From assembly GCA_964406095.1 (NCBI GenBank), contig CAYOQJ010000057.1:1342-65341 (forward strand): DNA of 64,000 bases, given 5' to 3'. A model generated the notes under the pieces. It was not told where the DNA came from and did not search any database. It saw only the letters and a list, made by a program, of their open reading frames with translations. This DNA comes from an uncultured Lentisphaeraceae bacterium (GTDB taxonomy: Bacteria; Verrucomicrobiota; Kiritimatiellia; RFP12; UBA1067). Each line of letters starts with the position of its first letter. Position 1 is the first letter of the stretch. The position numbers were made by a program, and so were the translations under genes. Below, piece by piece: positions 18,462-26,403 of this stretch.

Positions 18462-20351
18462 ATGCGTGGATTATTGATTTTTGTGACGGTGCTTGTTTTA
18501 TTTAGCACCATGCTGGAAGCGCGGCAGGATCGTCCGAACATTGTCTGGCTGACAACCGAAGACAACTCGGCCTGCTGGTATCAGCTCTATAATCCTGAAC
18601 AGGGTGCATCTATGCCCGTTATCGAGCGTCTGGCACGTGATGGTATTGTGTTCAACAACGCCTACTCATGCGGTGCGGTTTGTTCAGTGGCCCGCAGCAC
18701 GATTATATCGGGCTGCTATGTGCCGCGTCTGGGTGCTCATTGGCACCGCCGCCAGGTGGCGGTGCGGATGCCGGAAAATCTCCACATGTTTCCCTATTAT
18801 CTGCGTCAGGCCGGATACTACACCGCAAACAACCGCAAAGAGGATTATAATTTCGACTCCGCCGACAAAGCCGGGGTCTGGGATGAATCCTCCGGCAGGG
18901 CTTCATATCGCAAGCGCAAAGCGGGACAGCCCTTTTTCTATGTTCAGAATTTTATGGAGACTCATGAGAGCAAGCTGTTCGCGGCTCTACCGAAAGGGGT
19001 TGCGCGCACTGTTGATCCTGAGCAGATTAAACTCTTTCCCTATCACCCCGACACACCCCTTTTCCGTGATAAATACGCCCAGTATCTCACCCTGCACAGC
19101 TATGTAGACCGTTTGATCGGCCGGGTTGTTGAGCAGTTGGAGGAGGATGGTCTGCTGAATGACACCTTTATCTTTCATTATGGCGATCATGGTGGTGTTC
19201 TGCCCGGCGGCAAGAGTTACGCCCGCAATGATGGACTGCAGGTGGCGATGGTGGTGTATGTGCCTGAGAACTGGCGACATCTGGCACCGGTGAAGCGTGG
19301 GTCGCGCGTGGATGGTATCGTTGAGTTTGTTGATCTCTCTGCCACGGTGCTACAGCTGGCCGGTGTTGCTATACCTCCTGAAATGGATGGCAGACCCTTT
19401 ATGGGAGCTGGAGTTACACTTGATGATCTCAACCGGCGTGACACCGCTTTCGGCCATGCCGACCGTTTTGACGAGAAGTATGATATGGTGCGCTTTCTGC
19501 GTAAGGGAAAATATACCTACTGGCGTAGCTACCAGCCATTCAACTTCGATGGCCTGTACAATTTTTACCGTTATAAACAACCGGCGTTTCGTGAGTGGCG
19601 TGATTTGGCTTTGAATGGCACACTCAATGACGCTCAGAGTGCTTTTTATCGGGCGCGTCTTCCCGAATCGCTTTTTGATATTGAAAAGGATCCGCATGAG
19701 ATCAACAACCTCGTTGCTGATCCGGCTTATCATGAAATTTTGATGGATATGCGTGAGTCAATGCGCGAACGTGTCAAGTCGTTGCCTGATCTGGGATTCT
19801 ATGCCGAGCCGGAGTTTCTGCGACAGAGCGACGGCAATGGAAAATCTTTTGGAGAAAGACATAAAGAGCAGATTGGCACTCTGGTCGATATAGCTGATTT
19901 GCAGTTGCATCCCTTTCCTGAAGCAAGTTCCAGGATCGCTCAGAGTCTTGGTTCGCCGAACGCGATGGAGCGTTACTGGGCCCTGATAGTCTGTTCGGCT
20001 TTCGGCAAACAGGCTGCTTGTTTTTACGATCAGGCGCGGGATTTGGCGCAATCCGATCCCAGCCGCCTTGTGCGTTGCCGTGCTGCGGAGTTCCTCGGTT
20101 TGACCGGTGTGTCTGATCCTATGCCGTTTCTTTTCGATGTGCTTGATCAGACAACCGATCCGATCGAGGCCAACTTGATCCTCAATACCGTTGTGTTGCT
20201 ACGTGACGCTTCAGGCTGGACGGTGAATCCGGATAAAGTCAGAGCTTCCCGCTGGGCGAAACTGGGTGGACTTGTCAAGCACCGGGTCGATTATCTCACG
20301 GGCGGCGACGGTGATCCTTCGACTTCCCGTAATAAAACTAAGAAAAAGTAG
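18462..20351 (+). CDS. Sulfatase-family protein with a non-canonical active-site motif (C-S-V-A-R) and C-terminal HEAT-like repeats
   Basis: Start at ATG 18462, preceded by aaggagag (MRGLLIFVTVLVLFSTMLEA). Motifs: RPNIVWLTTEDNS and active-site region YSCGAVCSVARSTIISG (codons 18681-18695). C-terminal repeat region: ERYWALIVCSAFG...RCRAAEFLGLTG...EANLILNTVVLL. Confidence 0.8.
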   Translation: MRGLLIFVTVLVLFSTMLEARQDRPNIVWLTTEDNSACWYQLYNPEQGASMPVIERLARDGIVFNNAYSCGAVCSVARSTIISGCYVPRLGAHWHRRQVAVRMPENLHMFPYYLRQAGYYTANNRKEDYNFDSADKAGVWDESSGRASYRKRKAGQPFFYVQNFMETHESKLFAALPKGVARTVDPEQIKLFPYHPDTPLFRDKYAQYLTLHSYVDRLIGRVVEQLEEDGLLNDTFIFHYGDHGGVLPGGKSYARNDGLQVAMVVYVPENWRHLAPVKRGSRVDGIVEFVDLSATVLQLAGVAIPPEMDGRPFMGAGVTLDDLNRRDTAFGHADRFDEKYDMVRFLRKGKYTYWRSYQPFNFDGLYNFYRYKQPAFREWRDLALNGTLNDAQSAFYRARLPESLFDIEKDPHEINNLVADPAYHEILMDMRESMRERVKSLPDLGFYAEPEFLRQSDGNGKSFGERHKEQIGTLVDIADLQLHPFPEASSRIAQSLGSPNAMERYWALIVCSAFGKQAACFYDQARDLAQSDPSRLVRCRAAEFLGLTGVSDPMPFLFDVLDQTTDPIEANLILNTVVLLRDASGWTVNPDKVRASRWAKLGGLVKHRVDYLTGGDGDPSTSRNKTKKK

Positions 20352-23300
20352 TGAAACGTTATTTTTATCTGTTCTGCGGTATCTTTTTCGCACTTTTAAG
20401 ACTCCCTGCCGATCCAGTTCCGCGTCCGAACATGATTTTCATCCTGATGGATGATTTCGGTTACAATGATCTTGGTGTGCAGAGCTATCCCGATCCGACA
20501 AACTGCTATCCCGATGCCGGACCATCCCCCAAACTGGATATTGCAACGATCGATCCCGATATACCATCACCAAATCAGGCCCGTCTGCTCACACCGGTGT
20601 TGGATCAAATGGCTGCGTCGGGTTTGCGTTTAACCTCATTCCACTCATCAAGCAGTTGCTCGCCTTCACGGGCCAGTCTGATGACCGGTCGCTATGACCG
20701 CCGTGTAAGCATCAACTCGGTTTTCTTTCCCGATAACTCCACCGGACTGAACACGCAGGAGGTCACCCTGCCTGAGTTGCTGCGCGAGTGCGGTTATAAC
20801 ACTGCGATGGTTGGCAAGTGGCATCTGGGGTACTGCGTCACAGCTGCCAATCCGATGCAGTACCTGCCGTGTCGACACGGGTTTCAGGAATTTTTCGGGG
20901 TGCCGCATAGCAATGATATGTCGGATTTTGCACTCATCGAGAACGAAAGAATCATCGATCCTGATTTCCGCAGCTCCGGCAAACAGACCCAGCTTATCTG
21001 GCGCTACACCGAGTGGGCCTTGGAATATATTCAACGTAAAACAGCCTCCCGAACCCCCTTTTTTCTCTATCTTGCCAATTCAATGCCGCACATCCCGACA
21101 TATCCATCAGACCGTGAGTTTCTCAATGCTGACGGTACCGAGTGGCCTAAGTTTCAAGGCAGTAGCGGCGTAAACTGGTACTACGATGTGATTAAAGAGG
21201 TTGATCACAGCGTCGGACGCATTCTTGCAAAACTTGCCGATCTTGATATTGAGAATAACACGATTGTCATCTTCACCTCCGATAATGGACCATGGGTGCG
21301 TTTCAGCAATATAAATTGTGAGCAGAACTCGGTTGGCTGTGCCTATCCGCTACGCAACAGCAAGGGCACTACTTGGGAGGGGGGCTGCCGTGTGCCGTTC
21401 CTTGTCAGATGGCCCGGTCATATCCCGTCTAATCGCGTTTCCGACGAGATTACTGGGTTGGTTGATATTCTGCCGACTTTAGTGGGGCTGGCGGGGGGCT
21501 CAGCGCCCGACGATCGTGTGATCGACGGTATTGATCTTTGGCCGCTGTGGTTCGATGAGCCGGGGTGGGTTTCGCCGCGCTCATCCTACGCACTTTTCAG
21601 TGGCAGCGGATTGGACGCGGTGATGAAAGGTGACTGGAAACTGCGTTATGGCAGACTCTACAATTTGATTGATGATATCCAGGAGCAAGTCGATTTGGCC
21701 GCCACTCATCCGGTTGTGCTGGCAGATCTGCTGGCGGAGAAAACTGCGGTTGAGAACTCAATCGCCGCCGACCGACAGGCCAGGGGAGTGTTTACCCCCT
21801 TCGAAGTGACGTTAAGCTCTGATGAAATCCACGTTGATGAAGGTGGCACAGGTGAAATCGGTGTGGCTCTTTCGCATGATCCCGGTATGGAGGTAACGGT
21901 GAATGTGGCATGGTTTTCCGGTGACCGTGATCTGTCAGTACTCAGTGGTGATACTCTTTTGTTCGACAGCAACAACTGGTCGGTTACGCAAGATGTCATC
22001 TTCGCTGCAACGGTTGATCCGGATAGTGAGTGCGGCGGAGCCGTATTTCGGCTGGGCTCATCGCAGATTGATGCGGTGCGTGAGCTCTTTGTATTTGAAA
22101 TGGATGCCGATGTTTTGCCGGAGCTGAACGCGCATCTGATCTGGCCCGCTGCCACCGAATTCACGCTGGATGAGGTTGATTTGAAGATTACGGCACAGGC
22201 TGCTACCACTATGGGCGTGCAAAGCAATTTGGCAGATGCAGTTTGCCGGTGGCTGTGTGTATCCGGAGCGGATGAGGTGCGGTTTACCGCTGACAAAGCC
22301 AAAGAAACCGGTATAGAGTTTTTAAGTGCTGGTACATACCATCTACGTTTTAGAGCCGAGCATCCCGCTGCAGCGGATTACGGTGTTACTGAATTCAGTG
22401 TTCATGTGGCTCCTGTCGTGACACCCGCGTCGCTGCTACGTTTTTCACCGCTACTGGCTTATGACGCCGCGCTGTTCTCAGGTGATGAGCACCTGTGGTG
22501 TAACATTATGCCTGCCGCAGGTTATGACTGGCTTCTGGCCGCTGACGTCGCTTTATCCGTGAGTGATCCGGCATCGGACAGTGATGTGATTGACGCGGCT
22601 TTCAGTTTTGATGGCGGATATCTGCCGACGGGAGGTGTCGCCCTGCATCTGGACGCTTACAGCACCGCCAACGCATCAATTGAATTATGGTTTAGACCTG
22701 CTGCTTTTCCGGTTGCAACGCATCAGGTGATCTGGGAGAGCGGGGGGGATATCGGCACCAGTTTTACAATCAGCAGCAATACACTGTTTTTCGCGGTTGA
22801 TGATGGTTCGGCAAATGCTCCCGAAGGTGATGTGGCTCAGGCTGTACTCAAACCATCAACGAATCACAATGGCTTTATTCACTGCGTGGGCGTAATCGAT
22901 CTGAGCGCGGATCAGATCAAGCTGTATGTGGATAGAGAGTTAAGCGACACCCGTCCCGTTCCATTGGTCGATGACTGGTGCGGCGGTAGCTTCTCGGGAT
23001 TGGCGACGATTGCCGACAGTGCCGGTTCCGAGAGTTCCAACCATGGCCACCTGGGCGGCAATGATCTGCTGCCAGCGGGATGCTCGCCCTTTGCCGGTCA
23101 GATCGCAATTCTGAGGTTGTATGATCAGGCACTCAGTTCAGAAGAGATAGAGCAACTGCTGACACCGGCTCAGCCGCCGGTTCTCAACCGCGCTCCCAGA
23201 ATCACCGCCGGAAGTGATCGGAGTGTGTCATATACCGAGAAGGTGACTCTGGCGGGTGCGGTTACGGATGAAACTCTGCCACAGGGTTCCGATTTGAATC

Positions 23301-23863
23301 TTCTCTGGCGTCAGATCAGCGGTCCGGGAGCGACCCTGTTTTCAGATGCATCCGCTACCAATTCAATCTGTTCCTGTACACTGCCCGGAGTTTATGCACT
23401 GCGGCTGGAGGCAGATGATTCAGAGGTGAAGGTTTATGATGAGTTTGAACTTACTGTAGCACCTTTCAGCTATGCTGAATGGGTGCGGGAATATGATATT
23501 CCGGCAGACGAAGATGGTACCGAGCAGAACCCCGACGGCGATCAGCTACTCAATATCTGGGAGTGGGCACTGGGATTTGATCCGCTGACAGCCGATAACG
23601 CCACGGGAGTCGGTAACCGAGCAGTCGCTTGGACGGCTGATGGAAAATTCGATTTCACCTTCAGTTTCGAGCTGCCGCGTAATCGTGCACCATTGGTGCG
23701 ACTGCAGGGCAGCAGCGATCTGCAGCACTGGAACCTGCTCCCTGAGATAGTGCCGCAGGTGACGATCCTGAATGCCTTTACAGCCCGTCACATCTTGACA
23801 CTGGAAAAAGATGTCGAGATCGAACCGCGCTACTTTGTACGTCCGACAGTAGAAGAGAGATAA
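20351..23863 (+). CDS. 1170-aa multidomain sulfatase: sulfatase domain, Ig-like/unknown region, LamG (Laminin_G_3-like) domain, and a C-terminal tail with a DGD..L.NIWEWALG motif
   Basis: The GTG start overlaps the previous stop by 1 nt (TAGTG). Motifs: NMIFILMDDFGYND and active site SSSCSPSRASLMTGR. LamG-like segment: ASIELWFRPAAFPVATHQVIWESGGDIGTSFTISSNTLFF...IKLYVDRE...GQIAILRLYDQALS. Tail: NPDGDQLLNIWEWALGFDPL. Confidence 0.8.
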   Translation: MKRYFYLFCGIFFALLRLPADPVPRPNMIFILMDDFGYNDLGVQSYPDPTNCYPDAGPSPKLDIATIDPDIPSPNQARLLTPVLDQMAASGLRLTSFHSSSSCSPSRASLMTGRYDRRVSINSVFFPDNSTGLNTQEVTLPELLRECGYNTAMVGKWHLGYCVTAANPMQYLPCRHGFQEFFGVPHSNDMSDFALIENERIIDPDFRSSGKQTQLIWRYTEWALEYIQRKTASRTPFFLYLANSMPHIPTYPSDREFLNADGTEWPKFQGSSGVNWYYDVIKEVDHSVGRILAKLADLDIENNTIVIFTSDNGPWVRFSNINCEQNSVGCAYPLRNSKGTTWEGGCRVPFLVRWPGHIPSNRVSDEITGLVDILPTLVGLAGGSAPDDRVIDGIDLWPLWFDEPGWVSPRSSYALFSGSGLDAVMKGDWKLRYGRLYNLIDDIQEQVDLAATHPVVLADLLAEKTAVENSIAADRQARGVFTPFEVTLSSDEIHVDEGGTGEIGVALSHDPGMEVTVNVAWFSGDRDLSVLSGDTLLFDSNNWSVTQDVIFAATVDPDSECGGAVFRLGSSQIDAVRELFVFEMDADVLPELNAHLIWPAATEFTLDEVDLKITAQAATTMGVQSNLADAVCRWLCVSGADEVRFTADKAKETGIEFLSAGTYHLRFRAEHPAAADYGVTEFSVHVAPVVTPASLLRFSPLLAYDAALFSGDEHLWCNIMPAAGYDWLLAADVALSVSDPASDSDVIDAAFSFDGGYLPTGGVALHLDAYSTANASIELWFRPAAFPVATHQVIWESGGDIGTSFTISSNTLFFAVDDGSANAPEGDVAQAVLKPSTNHNGFIHCVGVIDLSADQIKLYVDRELSDTRPVPLVDDWCGGSFSGLATIADSAGSESSNHGHLGGNDLLPAGCSPFAGQIAILRLYDQALSSEEIEQLLTPAQPPVLNRAPRITAGSDRSVSYTEKVTLAGAVTDETLPQGSDLNLLWRQISGPGATLFSDASATNSICSCTLPGVYALRLEADDSEVKVYDEFELTVAPFSYAEWVREYDIPADEDGTEQNPDGDQLLNIWEWALGFDPLTADNATGVGNRAVAWTADGKFDFTFSFELPRNRAPLVRLQGSSDLQHWNLLPEIVPQVTILNAFTARHILTLEKDVEIEPRYFVRPTVEER

Positions 23864-23990
23864 GCTTAGAGGGGTGACGGATAGATAGCTCCTTCACCGA
23901 AGGGCAAAACAACTATGTTGGTTATTAGCAACATGTTGACGCTATGGCGATTTTTCTTTTGCGGGCATCTTTTCCTCCCAGTATTTCTCT

Positions 23991-24018
23991 TTGATTAAAA
24001 ACATAAAAGAGGTACAAT
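23991..24018 (+). promoter_or_regulatory. Sigma-70-like promoter candidate for the radical-SAM gene pair
   Basis: TTGATT (23991-23996), a 16-nt spacer, then TACAAT (24013-24018). It sits in an AT-rich gap 67 nt upstream of ATG 24085. The promoter consensus for this lineage is unknown. Confidence 0.3.
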
Positions 24019-24084
24019 GCCGAACTCGTATTTAAGGGACGGTGCACTTAATAAAAATTTTGAAACTATTGAAAGAATAAAACA

Positions 24085-25266
24085 ATGATAGGGATATCTA
24101 AATTATACATGGGGCAGGTTGAAGTTTCTGATCCGTTGCGTTACGGTCGGCACTCCGGCAAGTTGCCAAGTCATCTTTTGCAGTTTTCAGCCGACAAAAA
24201 ACCGGTGGTGGTCTGGAATGTAACCTCGGCCTGCAATTTAAATTGCACACACTGCTATGCCGCGACGGAGGGTGTTCAGGATGAACTCAGCACCGATGAT
24301 GCCTTGGCTGTCATTGACGATCTGGCTGCTTTCGGTGTACCGGTGCTGCTGTTTTCAGGGGGTGAGCCGCTGGTGCGTCCGGATATTTTCACCCTTGCAG
24401 AACATGCGGCCAATCGTGGGCTGCGGGTGGTTTTTTCTACCAACGGAACTTTGATCGATTCCGCAACGGCTCGCAGAATAAAGGAGGTCGGCGCATCCTA
24501 TGCCGGCATCAGTATCGATGGTATGGAGGAGGTTCACGACCGGTTTCGAGCTTGTCCGGGAGCCTTTCAGAGGTCGTTAGAGGGAATCCGTTACTGTAGT
24601 GAGGTGGGAGTTAAAGTCGGTTTACGGGTTACCATGACGCATGACAATGTGGCTGAAATTCCTGCTGTTTTTGATTTGATGGAGGCTGAAAATATTCCGC
24701 GCATCTGTTTTTATCATCTGGTTTACTGCGGACGCGGAGCTGAGATTGCCGGACACGATCTGGATCATGATCTGCGACGCCGCACAATTGATCTGATTAT
24801 TGACCGTACCCGGGAACTGCATGGAAAGGGGAGGCCGATTGAGGTATTGACTGTTGATAATCATTGCGATGGACCATATCTCTACATGCGTATGCTGGCC
24901 GAGGGAAATCCGCGGGCGCAGGAGGTGATGGAGCTGCTCAAAATGAACGGCGGCAACAGCACCGGTCATGGATTAGCCTGCATCAGTTGGGATGGTACGG
25001 TCTATCCCGACCAGTTTTGGCGTAATAAACCGGTTGGTAATGTGCGTGAAAAAACCTTTAGTGAAATATGGGGTAATCCGGAACCCGATTCATTGTTGGG
25101 GCAGCTACGGAACAAAAAACAACATGTAACCGGCAAATGTGTTGACTGCCGCTTCCTGGATGTCTGCGGAGGCAATTTCCGAGCCCGTGCCGAGGCGACC
25201 ACCGGTGATATATGGGGGGTTGATCCTGCCTGCTACCTCACCGGTCAGGAGATTGCCGAATCATGA
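24085..25266 (+). CDS. Radical SAM / SPASM-domain protein, NirJ family (AhbD/NirJ2-like, alternative heme or heme d1 type)
   Basis: 393 aa. The N-terminus MIGISKLYMGQVEVSDPLRYGR...LPSHLLQFSADKKPVVVWNVTSACNLNCTHCYA contains the CxxxCxxC cluster. Also FSGGEPL, and a C-terminal Cys cluster CVDCRFLDVCGG...ACY. Assignment to NirJ2/AhbD rather than another SPASM enzyme is from memory of family N-termini. Confidence 0.6.
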   Translation: MIGISKLYMGQVEVSDPLRYGRHSGKLPSHLLQFSADKKPVVVWNVTSACNLNCTHCYAATEGVQDELSTDDALAVIDDLAAFGVPVLLFSGGEPLVRPDIFTLAEHAANRGLRVVFSTNGTLIDSATARRIKEVGASYAGISIDGMEEVHDRFRACPGAFQRSLEGIRYCSEVGVKVGLRVTMTHDNVAEIPAVFDLMEAENIPRICFYHLVYCGRGAEIAGHDLDHDLRRRTIDLIIDRTRELHGKGRPIEVLTVDNHCDGPYLYMRMLAEGNPRAQEVMELLKMNGGNSTGHGLACISWDGTVYPDQFWRNKPVGNVREKTFSEIWGNPEPDSLLGQLRNKKQHVTGKCVDCRFLDVCGGNFRARAEATTGDIWGVDPACYLTGQEIAES

Positions 25267-26330
25267 ATCCGGCAGAGCATGAGTCAGATAAATCGGTAAA
25301 TGCAGTATCATGTGATCCACGCATTGTGGCCTGGGAGATCACCAGGCGTTGCCCGCTGGCCTGCCGTCACTGCCGTGCCGGTGCCCGGGATCGGGAGTAC
25401 AGCGGCGAACTGTCAACCGCCGAATGCCGCAGGATTATCGAATCACTGGCCGGCTTTTCACGTCCGATGATAATATGGACCGGTGGCGAACCGATGTATC
25501 GTCCGGACATTATCGAACTGGTGGCATATGCGACCGATATGGGGTTGCGTTCGGTCATGGCACCCTGCGGCACAATGGTTGAGACTGACAAACTGATGGC
25601 CTTGAAGGAGGCCGGACTGATGGCATGCAGTTTCAGTGTGGATGGTGCCGATGCAGGTTCGCACGACTCTTTCCGGGGTGTGGATGGAGCCTTTAAAAAC
25701 ATCACGCGGGCCATGCGGATTGCCGTTGAAGTCGGAATGCCGTTTCAGGTGAATACGACGGTTTCAAAGCTGAATATGGATGAACTTTCCGCTGTGCGGG
25801 AACTGGCGATTGAATACGGCGCGGTATTGCACGATCTTTTTTTTCTGGTGCCGGTAGGACGTGGAAAGGGGGTCGGGCAACTAGCCCTAAGTGCCTCTGA
25901 AACAGAGAGTGTGTTGCGCTGGATGTTTAAAATGAATGCGCAGGGAGCGATTCCGATGCGTGAGACCTGTGCCCCGCAGGCGGTACGTCTCTGGTATACT
26001 CTGGGTAAACCGGGGAATAAACCCTCCGGCTGCATGGGTGGCAAGGGATTTGTTTTTATCTCGCATACGGGTGTGCTTCAGCCCTGCGGTTTTCTGGATG
26101 TGCCCAGCGGCGATTTGCGTACCTTTGATTTCGATTTCAGCAAAGCCTATACCTCATCCGAGGTGTTTAATAATTTAAAGCAGTGCGACAATCTGAGCGG
26201 CGGCTGCGGGGCGTGCGCCTACAGATGGGAGTGCAGCGGATGTCGGGCACGCGCGTATGCAGCCACCGGTGATTACATGGCCGCCGAGACAACCTGTCCG
26301 ATTGCCCGACAAAGTTTCGTGACACAGTAA
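25263..26330 (+). CDS. Radical SAM / SPASM-domain protein, NirJ family (AhbC/NirJ1-like)
   Basis: 355 aa. An ATGA overlap with the upstream gene suggests translational coupling. Motifs: VAWEITRRCPLACRHCRA, WTGGEPM, HDLFFLVPVGRGK, and a C-terminal cluster CGACAYRWECSGCRARA...CP. Confidence 0.6.
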   Translation: MNPAEHESDKSVNAVSCDPRIVAWEITRRCPLACRHCRAGARDREYSGELSTAECRRIIESLAGFSRPMIIWTGGEPMYRPDIIELVAYATDMGLRSVMAPCGTMVETDKLMALKEAGLMACSFSVDGADAGSHDSFRGVDGAFKNITRAMRIAVEVGMPFQVNTTVSKLNMDELSAVRELAIEYGAVLHDLFFLVPVGRGKGVGQLALSASETESVLRWMFKMNAQGAIPMRETCAPQAVRLWYTLGKPGNKPSGCMGGKGFVFISHTGVLQPCGFLDVPSGDLRTFDFDFSKAYTSSEVFNNLKQCDNLSGGCGACAYRWECSGCRARAYAATGDYMAAETTCPIARQSFVTQ

Positions 26331-26334
26331 TCTT

Positions 26335-26350
26335 TATATTGTGCAATATA
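26335..26350. repeat. Inverted repeat TATATTG-TG-CAATATA between the radical-SAM pair and the beta-helix gene
   Basis: Read directly from the sequence. The arms are 7 bp and AT-only, and the repeat is followed by ATGTTTTT. It could be a weak terminator or an operator. Confidence 0.2.
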
Positions 26351-26403
26351 ATGTTTTTAACCCTCTCTCGACAAAACGGTGCCATTTTTGTATATATAAA
26401 CCT

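Noticed and set aside
24085-26330. The idea that the two radical-SAM/SPASM genes are the missing anaerobic sulfatase-maturating enzymes.
   Set aside because: Their N-terminal and core signatures resemble the NirJ/AhbC/AhbD family as I recall it, not anSME. I kept this only as a hypothesis to exclude (see findings), not as a call.
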